64,000 bases of DNA from Dictyostelium discoideum (lineage: Eukaryota), in the NCBI GenBank assembly GCA_000004695.1, contig CM000152.2, positions 1,728,001 to 1,792,000 of the forward strand. The letters are read 5' to 3'. Position 1 is the stretch's first letter. The number at the start of each line of letters is the position of its first letter. Positions 30,580-43,080 of this stretch are shown piece after piece. A program made the position numbers and the translations under genes. The notes beneath the pieces were generated by a model that was not told the origin of the DNA, made no database searches, and was given only the letters and a program-made list of their open reading frames with translations.

Positions 30580-30911
30580 TTTTAATTTATTTATTTATTT
30601 ATTTTGAAAAATATTAATAAAGATTTGAATAATTGAAAAAAAAAGAAAAAAAATTCTCCTTTTATAATGTTTTGAAAATAAAAAAAAAAAAAAAAGATAT
30701 ATAAGAAAAAAAAAGAAAAAAAAAAAAAAGTTAATGGAAAAGAAAAAAAAAAAGTGAAAGGAAAAATAAAATTTTAAATCCTATTGAAAATTTAGTTTTG
30801 TAAAATTTAATAAGAATTTTAAAGACACATCATAAATGATATGATATCCAAAAAAGATATTTTTTTTTTTCGACCTCGAAAAGTAAACAAAAAACTTTTT
30901 TTAATTTTTTT

Positions 30912-30942
<31 letters not shown>

Positions 30943-31155
30943 GAATTGACTTTTTCCAATCGATTTTCTTTTTTTTAAAAAAAAAAAAAAATATCTAATC
31001 AAAAATTGCTTAAAAATTAATTCTTTGATTTTCGTTGTAATAATGGATATAATTTTACACCATTCAATGGATATAATTTTTGTAATTGTTTTTTTTTTAA
31101 AAAAAAAAAATTCATATATTAAATATCTTTATTTATAAATTAATATTTGATTTTC

Positions 31156-31188
<33 letters not shown>

Positions 31189-31543
31189 AATTAAAAACTT
31201 CATACATTAATAAAAAAAAAAAATTGTTTAAAAAAGGAATTAAAAACACAAAATGATTATTTATTTTATTTTATTTAATAATACATTTTGTTTATTAATT
31301 TTTTTTTTTTTATTTTTTTTTTATTTTCCATTATAATTAACTAAAAAAAAAAAGTTGGAAAAAAAAAAAAGGAAAATTTTTGGTGGTATTAAAAAATTAA
31401 AAACAAGAAAATAAAAAACCATAAAAAAATAAATAAAAATAATAATAAAAAAAAATAAAATTAAGTTTTGTTCAATTTTAAAGTTTAAATATAATTCTAT
31501 TTATTTTTAAAGAAAGATTTTATTTAATTGATCAGATAAAAAA

Positions 31544-31576
<33 letters not shown>

Positions 31577-32513
31577 TCAAAAAAAAAAATAAAAAAAATA
31601 AAAAATAAAAAAATTTTTTTTTTACATTCCAATGTAAAAACTATGTCAATTTTTTACGTTTCTCAGGTTTTTTTTTTTGAGGCATGCCAAATTTTTTTTG
31701 TGTGACTCGGGCTAAGAAAAAAAAAAAAAAAAATTATCATCTTTCTTTTTTTACGAGTACATACAAAAGGTGTGTGATATCTATTTTATTTTTTTTATTC
31801 ATATTATTTGTTTGTTTTCAAAAAAAAAAAAAAAAATAAAAAAAAAATAATAAAAAAAAAAAATAATAATAAGAGAGATAAAAAAAAATAAAAAAAAATA
31901 CAGTTATTAGAGATGAAGTTTATAAATAAATAAAATCAAATAATTAAGACACACAATATTTTCAATTTTATAATTATAAAGAATTTTTTTTTTTTTATTG
32001 TAATAAAATAAAAAAAAAAATATTTTATATGTAATAATATAAAATAAAAATTCAAAATTGTATTCAAAAAAGTGGTAATTTAGAGTGATCAAAAATAAAC
32101 AAATTTTTTAAAAAAAAAAACAGAATTGATTAGGGACAGGTTTATAAAAGTGTTTAGATTCAGTTTTATTATATTATAATAATAAAGCATATAATCGAAA
32201 ATTAAAATATTGTTGGAATTAGGTTATGCAGATCAAAATTATTTATAGATGGTTACGCGACCAGAATGTCACTCTCTAAAAATTCGTATTTTTTTTTTTT
32301 TTTTTTTTCAATTTTTTTTTTTTCGTCTTTCAAATTTTTTTTTTTTTTTTTTTTTTTTTCATTTTGATTGTTATTTTCACTTCATCAACAAATCACCGTA
32401 TATATATTTTTTTTCTTTTTTTTCCCCCACTATTTCAATATCATTTTCAAATATAAAAAAAAATTATTCTAACAATTTTCTTTTTTCTTTTTTTTTTTTT
32501 TAAAAAAAATTAG

Positions 32514-32960
32514 ATGGCCACCACTGCTGTTACCCTTAAAGACGTCTGCCCACAAGAATTCATTGCTACCTACGCAAGATTCTTAAAGAAAACTGGTCGT
32601 GTTCAAATCCCAAAATGGAATGATATCGCCAAAACTGCCACCTACAGAGAACTCCCACCAACCAACCCAGATTGGATTTACTACAGAATTGCCACCCTTG
32701 CCCGTAAAGTTTACATCCGTGGTGGTGATGGTGTTGCAACCTACAGAAGAGTTTTCGGTGGTAACCGTAGAAACGGTGTCAGACCAAATCACTTTGCCGA
32801 TGTCAATGGTGGAAACATCCGTTATTGTTTAAAACAATTACAAAACTTAAAAGTCATTGAAACCGACGCTGTCAAAGGTGGTCGTACCATCACTGCTACC
32901 GGCCGTAGAGATCTCGACAGAATCGCCAAGCAAATCTATGACAAAAAAAACAAAATCTAA
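32514..32960 (+). CDS. rps19: 40S ribosomal protein S19e, 148 aa, single exon
   Basis: The translation MATTAVTLKDVCPQEFIATYARFLKKTGRVQIPKW...YYRIATLARKVYIRGGDGV...GGRTITATGRRDLDRIAKQI matches eS19 over its full length. GC-enriched codon usage. Confidence 0.9.
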   Translation: MATTAVTLKDVCPQEFIATYARFLKKTGRVQIPKWNDIAKTATYRELPPTNPDWIYYRIATLARKVYIRGGDGVATYRRVFGGNRRNGVRPNHFADVNGGNIRYCLKQLQNLKVIETDAVKGGRTITATGRRDLDRIAKQIYDKKNKI

Positions 32961-33271
32961 ATAATCACGATTTAAGTATTTAAATGTTTTGCAACAAAGA
33001 TTAACAAAATATAATAAAAACTAAAAAAAAAAAAAAAAAGCAAAAAAAAAAAAAACACCTATTTTAAATTTTTCTTTTTTATTATTATATATATATATGT
33101 ATACATTTATTTGTTTTTTTAAAGTGGGGAAAAAAAACAATGTATTTGTTTTTACAACTAATTAAATTGTATAAACATACATTATTTGGAATTTTTGATT
33201 TTGTTTTTGCGAAAGTAAATCCTATTTTTTTTTTTTTTTTTTTTTTTTTTGTTTCCTTTTGTTTTTTTCTT

Positions 33272-33904
33272 TTAAGTTCTCTTTAATTCATATTCTATTG
33301 CAGATAAATCATTTGAATTGTTTACAACAAAATCAGAAGGAGTTGGTGATAATTTTATATTACCCCAAATGTTTACATATAAACGCATAAACCCATTAAA
33401 TACTTTAATAATTCCATTTCTTAATATAATTGTATTACCTGGCTGTACAACATCATTTTGTTCTGTTGATTTTTTTACAATTAAAAATATATATTAAATA
33501 ATAATAAAAAATAAAGAAAATTGTTAATAATAATAATAATTAATAGTTTTTAACAAAATAAAAAAAATAATTTACCATTTTTAACAGTTAATATAATTGT
33601 ACCAGTTTCATCACCAACAACAGCTTCTGATATCATTTCTTTCTTATCTTTATTCTTTTCAATTACAACTTTTGTACTAACTACTTTTAAAATTAAATTA
33701 TGACCTGTTGACATTGGTTTTAAAGATGATACCTTTGAAACTAAAATAATAATAAAATATAAAAAAAGTTTGTTAGTATACCAATTTTTTTTTTTTTTAT
33801 TTTTTAAAAATAATAATAAAAATATCTCTCATTTTATTTTACTTTATTATAATATACATACAAGTTGGTTGTGTTAAAGGTGGTGCATTATTTTCAGTGG
33901 ACAT
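33272..33904 (-). CDS. Small OB-fold ssDNA-binding protein of the NABP/SOSS-B (hSSB) family, 132 aa; exons (minus) 33904..33862, 33740..33576, 33462..33272
   Basis: Three exons (GTATGT and GTAAAT donors, phase 1 at both junctions). Translation MSTENNAPPLTQPTFSKVSSLKPMSTGHNLILKVVS...EAVVGDETGTIILTVKNGEQNDVVQPGNTIILRNGIIKVFNGFMRLYVNIWGNIKL is collinear with the hSSB1 OB fold (LNLIFIVLE...VADKTGSI..SVW...[9 protein letters not shown].RGY...KG.L.LY.G..G.L.KIG). Confidence 0.5.
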
Positions 33905-34683
33905 TATGTTTAATTATATGTTTTAAATAAAGAAGAAAAAAAAAAAAAAAAAAAAAAAAAAATTTAATAAAAAAAAGATGCAAATAGGATCGTATAGATT
34001 TCGATATTTAGAAATAATCTGAAAATAAAAAAAAAAAATAAAAAAAAAAAAATATTGATTAAAAATAAAAAATTAATTTATGAAAATATTAATAAAAAAA
34101 AAAAAAAAAAAACCAGTGCAAATTCAATATAAAAAAAAAAAATTAATTTGTGAAAATAATAAAAAAAAAAATAAAAAAAAAAATTAAAAATAAAAAAAAA
34201 ATTAAAGTAAAAAAAAAAAATAAAAAAAAAATGCAAATATATATGTGTGTGAACATCATCTTATTTTAATATAACTAAATAAAAAAGGTTACCTTTATTT
34301 TATTTATTTTTTTAATTTACAAATTGGGTCAGATTTTTTTTTTTTACTTTAATTTTGGACAACTTAAATTCTTCCAAATTCGAATTATTGAATAAAAACA
34401 TTTGCCAAACTACTGATGAAAATTATTGCTCAAATATATTTTAATAATAATGAAAATAATTTCCAATAATAAATATATAACTCTAAAAAAAAAAAACTTT
34501 GATAATTAAAAAAAGGTTAAAAATTTAATTTTTGTATCCATTTTTATTATTATTATTTATAATGTAAAGTTTTTTTGAGATAAAAAGATAAATAATAATT
34601 AAAAATAAAAAATTAAAAGATTTAAAAATTTAAATAATATATTTTTTTTATTTTTATTTTATTTTATTTATTAGTTTATATTT

Positions 34684-37261
34684 TTATTCTTTATTAGCAT
34701 AAATTTCTCTAAATTGTTTAGCAACTTTAACCATATTAATTAAAGCTAATCTTGTAGTTTCTGGTTCTCTAGTTTTAAGACCACAATCTGGATTAATCCA
34801 TAAGAGATTAGTTGAGAGATATTTAAGCATTTGTTCAACACGATCTTTCATATCTTCAACAGATGGAATTCTTGGAGAGTGAATATCATAGAGACCTGGA
34901 CCAATTTCATTTGTGTAACCATATTTTTCAAAAGCTTTTAAGAGTTTGAGATCAGATTTTGAATTTTCAATAGTTAAAACATCAGTATCCATTCTTTGAA
35001 TTGATTCAAAGATATCATTGAAATCTGAATAACACATATGGGAGTGAATTTGAGTACTATCTTTAACACCAGTGCTTGATAATAAGAAAGAGTCAATTGC
35101 CCATTTAAGATATTGATTCCAATCGGATAAACGCAATGGAAGACCTTCACGAATTGCTGGTTCATCGATTTGAATACAAGCAATACCTTTATTTTCTAAA
35201 TCGGTAACTTCATCACGAATGGCTAAACCAATTTGGAAACAAGTTTCAGAACGTGGTTGGTCATCACGAACAAATGACCATTGAAGGATTGTAACTGGAC
35301 CAGTTAACATACCTTTCATTGGTTTGGTTGTGAGGGTTTGAGCAAATGTGGTATATTCAAGAGTCATTGGAACTGGTCTATTAACATCACCATAGATAAT
35401 TGGTGGTTTAACACAACGACTACCATAACTTTGTACCCAACCATTTTGAGTGAAAACGAAACCAGCTAAATATTCACCAAAATATTCAACCATATCGGTT
35501 CTTTCAAATTCACCATGTACTAAAACATCCAATTCACATTCTTCTTGAACTTTAATACATTTTCTAATTTCATCACGAATGAATTGATCATAAGCTTCTG
35601 GTGTGATTTTCTTTGATTTAAAGTTACTTCTTGCTAAACGGACTTCTTTAGTTTGTGGGAATGAACCAATAGTAGTGGTTGGGAATAATGCTGGAAGAGT
35701 AGTTAATCTTTTTCTTTGGGCTTCACGACGAACTGGGAATGGATTTTCACGTTTTAACATTGATGGAGTAATTTCAGTAACTCTCTTTTTAACGATATCA
35801 TTATGAATTAATTTTGATTCTCTTCTCTTTTGATTTGATTCTTTATTTAATTGATAATATTCTTTAATTTTTGAACAAGTATCTTCTGGGAAAGTAATAG
35901 TATTTTCAGTGGTAAAAGTACATTTATTAAGAGCGTAGGTAAGGAAAGAAATTTCTTTTAATTTCTCTAATGAGAAAGCTAACCAATCTAAGACTTGACT
36001 TTCAACTCTACCAATTTCACGAGTTAATGAATGTGGACAATGTAATAATGAACAAGATGGTGCCAATAAAATTCTATCACTACCAGTTTTGGCGATAATA
36101 TTCTTTAAGGTAACTAATGATTTAGTTAAATCATTCTTCCAAACATTTCTACCATCGATAATACCAATTGAAATTGTCCATGAGGTTGGAATTTTAGTTA
36201 AAACACTTTCAACTTCACTTGATGAACTTCTAATAGTATCAATATGAATACCATTTACTGGTAATGAAGTAATTAAATCAATATTTTCACGAATTTCACC
36301 GAAATAAGTTGCAATTAAAATATTAATATTTGGGGCAGCTTTATGAATTACATTAAAAGCAGTGGTATAAGCATTTTTAATTAATTCAGTTTCAAAGAGA
36401 TCAAAACATAAAACTGGTTCATCGATTTGAACAGATTTAACACCAATCTTTTCAAATTGTTTGAAAAGTTCTTCATAGACACCTAATAAAGCATTGAGGT
36501 GAACTAATGAATCGAATTTACTTGAATATGGTTTTGAACTATCACTTGATTTACCTAATAAAAGGAAAGAGATTGGGCCAAGAACAACTGGACGAGTTTC
36601 AATATCAATTGATTTTGCTTCTAAGAATTCGTGAATTGGTTTTGGTTCACTATAACCACCATAGTTTGTTAATTTGAATTGTTGAGAATCTTCAAATTCT
36701 GGTACAATGTAGTGATAATTTGTATCGAACCATTTCTTCATTTCCATACTACCAACATCGATTGATTTCTCAACTTTTGATGCAAATGCACCTTGAGTAT
36801 TGGTTTCTGAAACTTGGGTGGCTGCTTTTGAAGTTTGATAACCACGACCCATAGCGAAATAAGTACGTAAACCATTTGAACCATCTTCAATTTCAGATTC
36901 AACAACTGGAGTATAACGTTTTGGAATGGCACCAAATAAGTGAATATGATCTAAAACTTGATCATATAATGAAAAATCATTACTTGGAATAATTTCAATA
37001 CCAGCTTCCTTTTGTAATTTCCAATGATTAATTCTAATTTCTTTTAATTCCTTTTGGAATTGGGTTTCTTCAACTTTACCCTATTTTTAAAAAAAAAATT
37101 TTAAAAAATTTTAATTTTAATAAATTTATTTTATATTAAATATTTTATTTTAAAATAAAATTAAATTTTAGAAAACTTACTTGCCAATAGTTTTCAACTA
37201 ATTTCTTTAATTCACGGTTTTCACCCATTCTTGGGAAACCTAAATTTGATGATGAAACCAT
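34684..37261 (-). CDS. metE: Cobalamin-independent methionine synthase (5-methyltetrahydropteroyltriglutamate-homocysteine methyltransferase, MetE), 825 aa; exons (minus) 37261..37181 and 37080..34684
   Basis: Exon 1 encodes MVSSSNLGFPRMGENRELKKLVENYWQ. Phase-0 GTAAGT donor, 100-nt intron. Exon 2 continues GKVEETQFQKELKEIRINHWKLQKEAGIEIIPSNDFSLYDQVLD..., giving the two-barrel MetE architecture with C-terminal zinc-binding and catalytic blocks (HGEFERTDMVEYFGE, CGLKTR). Confidence 0.9.
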
Positions 37262-37363
37262 TTTTTTATTTATTTAAAAATTTACTTATTTTGATAAGGT
37301 TAAATATAAAAAAAAAAAAGAGAATTGATTTGTTTTAAAAAATTATTTTCCAATTTTATAGTT

Positions 37364-37409
<46 letters not shown>

Positions 37410-37640
37410 AAAAAAAAAATAATAATTAAATTAAAAATAAATAAAAAAATAATTACGAAATAATATTACCAAACTGGTAGTATCTTATTGACTGTATATT
37501 CAAAAAAAAAAAAAAACAAAACAAAAAAAAAGGAAAATAAATCACCATAATGACTAATGGTATTGGAAATTATAATAATTTAAATTTAATAACCTAATTT
37601 TTTTTTTTTTTTTCCAAGCTTTTACAAAAACTAAACTTAT

Positions 37641-37736
37641 CCCCATTGACGTGTAAATAATACAAAAATGATTTTTCATATTAGAAAAAGTATTTAAGAT
37701 GAAAATCATTTTGTATACACGTCAATGGGTTTTTTT
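37641..37736. promoter_or_regulatory. 96-bp near-perfect palindrome in the metE 5' flank
   Basis: ccccattgacgtgtaaataatacaaaaatgatttttcat ... atgaaaatcattttgtatacacgtcaatggg. The arms are reverse complements apart from a 5-nt insertion, and each arm carries a TGACGTGT / ACACGTCA core. Confidence 0.4.
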
Positions 37737-38421
37737 TTTTTTTTGGTTTAAATTTGCATTTGGTTGGGGAAAAAAAAAAAAAAAAAAAAAAATATCTAAT
37801 GGCACTGAACAAGCACAATTAAATTTCACCCAATCTTATATGTTGTTGACTCAACAACTTCAAGGTTGATATTTGAAAATATTAGAAAATGAAAAAAAAA
37901 AAAAAAAAATAATATTGCAAAAAATTACCTTTACAATTGATTAAAAAAAATTTTTTTTTTTTTTTTTTATTTTATTATTTTTCTTTATTGTTATTACATT
38001 TCCTGAAAATGTAATTTAGAGACAATAATTGATTTTTCTATTAACAATATTTTTAAAATATTTTTATTCTTTTACTATTTTTTTTTTAATTATTATATTT
38101 TTTTTTCTTTATTTTATCATTCTATTATTTCTGTTACTTGAAAAAATAAATTGATATTATTTTTTATTAATTTTTTTTTTTTTTTAATCCAATATATTTA
38201 TTGAGAATGACCAAATTATATTTAAAAGGGAAATTTGAATGGAAAAAAAAAATAATTGAAAAAATTCTTATATTCTTTTAAATTTATTATTACAAAATAA
38301 AATAAAATAAAATAAAAATTATCTCAAATTAAATTTAAACAATATAAAATTTACACTTTAAAGAATGAATGTTTTTTTTTTTTATGAATATAGTTTTTAT
38401 AATTTATGTGTGAACAATTGT

Positions 38422-39386
38422 TTATTTCTTTCCACCAATAACAATACCATCATAAGTGGTTTTGAACCAGTTAACGGCATCTTCTTTACCGATTTTATGT
38501 TGGAAACCAACTTTAGCACCGGCTCTCTTTTTGTGAGCAACACGGAAACCTGGACGTGAAAGTACGACGAAGAAATCCATACCGTAAATACCGATTGATG
38601 GATCGTATTTAATACCTAAATCGATGTGTTCTTGGATACCAAAACCAAATGAACCTTGGGTTGAGAAGTTACGGGCACGGAGTTCGAATTCTCTAACTTT
38701 GAGACCTTTTTCTAAGATTTCAGCAGCTTTTTCACCACGGACAGTGACGTGAGCAGCGATTTGTTCATTACGACGAATGTTGAAAGATCTGACAGTGTAA
38801 CGAGCTATAATTTTTAATATTATGGTTAGTCTATGGTATTATTTTTAGTTATTATTATTTAAATAATTTACCTTTAGAGTAGACTGGGGTTTGACCAGTT
38901 AATTGTTCAAGTACTTTAGCAGCACGAACTAATCTATCACCAGATTCACCAACACAAATGTTGAGAACTAACTTTTCAATTCTGAGACCTCTCATGACAT
39001 TGTCTTTCTTTGATTTTTTGGTTTCAACTGGTGTAGTTGCTTCTGGTGCTTTGACGGCAACCTTAGTAGCGTTTTTGGTGGCAGCTTTGGCAGACTGTCA
39101 TTAAATAAAATGTTAATTTCTTTTTTACTTTCTGTGTAATTGTGAAATATAAGGAGGGTGATAGGTTTTTTTTAATGTTTAAACTTTTTTGACTATCTAT
39201 TTCATATTGTATATCCATTATCGTTATCATACTGTCATTATCAATCCTTGTTAATCTTTAATAATCTTTAATTAATCCACATCAACTATTTAATTTCAAC
39301 CTATAGTCCAAACATTAAACCAAACACCCACCTATATTTTCATACATATAAAATGATATATATAGACATCGCATAATACATACCAT
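38422..39386 (-). CDS. rpl11: 60S ribosomal protein L11 (uL5), about 202 aa; exons (minus) 39386..39384 (ATG only), 39094..38872, 38804..38422
   Basis: Core sequence [41 protein letters not shown] / [24 protein letters not shown]...[38 protein letters not shown] matches uL5. The second junction is a phase-1 GTAAAT donor with a 67-nt intron. Upstream, a 33-codon K/A-rich open extension runs to an AG acceptor at 39095, and the only ATG followed by a GTATGT donor lies at 39384..39386, giving a 289-nt first intron. The first-exon model is less certain than the core. Confidence 0.75.
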
Positions 39387-39866
39387 TTTGTGGATGGAAG
39401 ATAAAACGTAAAAATTGAAAAATTGTGAGGATTTTTCTCAACACCAATAAATTTTTTTTTTTTAAAAATTGAAAAAAAAAAATTGAAAAACCTAAAGCCT
39501 AACGTTTTTTTTTTTTTTTTTTTGTTTGAAAAAGGATTAGGGCGAGAATTTTTTTTTTTTTTAATTTATTTATTTATTTTTTTTAGATGACAAATTTTTG
39601 AGATTAAAATAAAGTTAAAAAGGGGAATTATTAAAAAAATAAAAAAAAAAAAATAAATGAATAAAGAAAAAAAAAAAAAAATAATAATAAATAAAAATAA
39701 ATAAAAAAAAAAAAAAAAAAAAAGCACTATTTTTTATAAACAATTATTTTCAAGAAAAATCTTTTTTTTTTTTTAATTTAAATGCAAAGGAAATTATTCA
39801 TTTTTGGTTTGTGGATTATTTATTATTTGCAAATAAGATATCACCTTTGGAAAAAACCAAAAAATA

Positions 39867-39897
<31 letters not shown>

Positions 39898-40230
39898 TGA
39901 TTTATAAAAATTCAAACCCCCTTCAAATAGTTTTTTTGAAATTATTGTTTAGATATTTTAATATAATATTTTGATTTTATAATTTGATATATTAAAATAA
40001 CAGCCTGGTAAACGATTCCATTTATGTATATTTTTAATTTATTTTAATTTTTTTTTTTTAATTTTTTTTTAATTTTTTTTTTTTTTTTTTTTTTTTTTTT
40101 CAATTTTTTATTTTTTTTTTTTTTATAATTATTTTTTTTTTTTTTTGTCAATACACTAAAAGTTAAATTAAATCAATAAATAAAAAGATAATTAAACTAA
40201 ATAGCTTTAGTTTGTATTTATAATTAAAAA

Positions 40231-41370
40231 ATGGATGGATTTGAAGATCAAGAATTGGTTTCAATGGAGTTATTACAGATGGTATTATTAAAAAATTTTT
40301 TTTTTTTTATTAAAAAATTAAATAAATAAATAAATAAATAAATAAAACTAACAGTTATTATTATTATTTTATTATCTTTTATTATTATTATTATTATTTA
40401 ATATTAAATAGCAAAATGAATCATATTGGTTAATTCAAAGAGAAGTACCAACAGTTTGTAAAAGGGTTAGAACCATTGTAAATGTGAGTTTATAATTCAT
40501 TCATTCATTCATTCATTCATTCATTCATTGATTCATTCATTCATTCATTCATTCATTCATTCATTCATTGATTCATTCATTCATTCATTCATTCATTCAT
40601 TCATTGATTCATTCATTCATTCATTCATTCATTCATTCATTCATTGATTCATTCATTCATTCATTCATTCATTCATTCATTCATTCATTCATTCATTCAT
40701 TCATTCATTCATTCATTCATTCATTCATTCATTCATTCATTCATTCATTCATTCATTCATTCATTGATTTATTCATTCATTAATTCATTGATTTATTCAT
40801 TCATTAATTAATTTAAATATACTAATGTTTTTATATTTACTATAATTTTTTTTTTATTTTTTTATTTTTTTTTAGAAATGTTTAGAGTTATTACACCCAA
40901 TCGATCGAACTGAAGAAGATAAGGAAAATATAGATGAAGAAGATAAAAGTAAAAATAAAAAGAATGAGAATTTAAATAAAAATCAAGAGCCAGAGGAAGA
41001 GGATAATGAGGTGAATGAATTATTTGATATATTAAAATTTAATGAGGAAGATTCTAAAAAAGTTGGAACTGAGAAATTTGAAACTCTAGAGTATGTATGA
41101 ACTTTAATAATATTGGATTGGATGCAATAATTTTATTTTTTTTTTTAAAAAAAAAAAAAATAATAATATATACAAAATAATAATTTTGATAAATTTATAC
41201 AGAGGAAGTAGAGGTGTTTTAAAGTTAAATGGTTGGTTAGTAAATTCAAATGATCTACATATTAAAACAAAGAGTAAAACAAATAATCCAGTCATGTATA
41301 AAGATACTATTTCAAAATCATCACCTTGGAGATTAAATCAAGTATGTAATTATTTCTTTTTTTTGTAATC

Positions 41371-41430
<60 letters not shown>

Positions 41431-41707
41431 TTAATAACAAATTTAAATCAAAACATTTTTAGATTCAAAATGCATATAATCATCTTCAATTTGTAGAATC
41501 CGAATTAACAGGTATTATTAACTTTGCTCAAAGATATGTACCCACTTTTGTAAATTTTTCAACCCCACAACAATTAAATAATAATGCTAATAGTGGCATT
41601 GGTACCCTTAATAATAATAATAATAATAATATTGGTAGTAGTTTAGAATCATCATCGTCATTTGTTTCGAATAACAGTAATAATATAGATGGTAACTATC
41701 CTTTTTG

Positions 41708-41738
<31 letters not shown>

Positions 41739-42354
41739 AGATTTTAATTTTTTTATTTTTTCTTCTTCTTCTTCTCAAAAAAAAAAGGTTGTAATACATT
41801 TACAGGTAATAGTGGTAATGGTATAGTACCACCAGAATTATTATCATTATTTGAAATTATAAAATCAATTGGAGAATGGATATCATTAGCAAAGGATGAA
41901 TTATTATTACCAAGTAAAGATGTTTTTCCAATTACATTATTTCAAAGAAATCTATTAAAAAATTTACCACCAGATTTACATATTGATATTACAGTTTCCA
42001 ATTGTGATATTGTTTTTAGTATACACGAATTACAAATTTCATCATCTGATTCTGGTCAAAATTTGGGTGGAATTGGTGGTAGTGGTGGTAGTATTGGCGG
42101 AGGAGGTGGTGGTGGTTTAAGTGGTAGTGGTTCTCATCATCATCATCATAATAATAATAATAATAATAATCATCATCATTCAAGCCCAAGTAAATTTTTA
42201 AAAAAATCTGCAAATAAATTGGTTGGAGGTGGAAGTCCACATCCACAACATATGCAACAACAAATAAATGGTGCATCAAATGGTCATAATAATAATGGTA
42301 ATAATAATGGTTCTCAACCAAATGGCAATAATCAAGGTAATAATAATGGTATTA

Positions 42355-42420
<66 letters not shown>

Positions 42421-42657
42421 GCAATAATAATGGTATTAATAATAATAATAATCAACAACAACCACCAAATAATCAATCACAATCACAACCAACTTCATCA
42501 ACAAGTACACCACAAACTTCTCAACCAACTTTATCAACATCTTCCACTATTCCAAGAAATAATAGTGGTAATAATTTATCAAACTCAACAGGTAATAATA
42601 ATAGTAATAACAACAACAACAATAACAACAATAGCGGTAATAATAGTAATGATAATA

Positions 42658-42751
<94 letters not shown>

Positions 42752-43080
42752 ATCACCAAATATGTCAACTTTAGTGGAAGAAGATTTTAATACCAACCCA
42801 CCTGATCAATATTCAAAGAAAACTTAGTAAGTTTTATTTTTATTTTATTTTTTTTTGTTTTTAAAAATTTTCTATTAACATTTTTTTATTTATTTTTTCA
42901 TTTTCCTTTTTCAGTCAAATGAATAAGCAAGGTAGTGTCCAATGGGTTACAGTAATAGAGCACAGTGAATCTAGAATTCCAGTTAAAAAATTCTCTGATA
43001 CATTTGCATTGATGACAAGCGCATATGATAAATTGGCAGATTTAAGTGAAAAGTTTATGGTCTTATCAAATACAAGCTAA
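40231..43080 (+). CDS. Rogdi/Rav2-family protein (RAVE-complex-like) with large N/G/H/Q-rich low-complexity insertion, about 636 aa; exons 40231..40281, 40412..40483, 40876..41090, 41203..41341, 41463..41691, 41788..42826, 42915..43080
   Basis: Seven-exon model with all phases consistent (1911 nt). The Rogdi-like blocks are DQELVSMELLQ...SYWLIQREVPTVCKRVRTIVNKCLELL (compare Rogdi [23 protein letters not shown]) and GVLKLNGWLVNSNDLHIKTK...SSPWRLNQIQNAYNHLQFV (compare [20 protein letters not shown]...KQWKLQQIQDARNHV). An alternative in-frame acceptor exists at 41806. The exon 1 donor GTATTA is weak. The stop TAG of the long ORF overlaps the GTAAGT donor before the last exon. Confidence 0.5.
40494..40796. 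repeat. (TCAT)n / (ATTC)n tetranucleotide microsatellite, about 300 bp, inside intron 2 of the Rogdi-like gene
   Basis: cattcattcatt run with a periodic cattgattcatt variant unit. Confidence 0.95.

Noticed and set aside
42268-42796. Poly-Ile, poly-Leu and poly-Tyr ORFs over the (AAT)n region of the Rogdi-like gene
   Set aside because: They are frame artefacts of the asparagine-coding microsatellite. The poly-N frame is continuous with flanking conserved exons.
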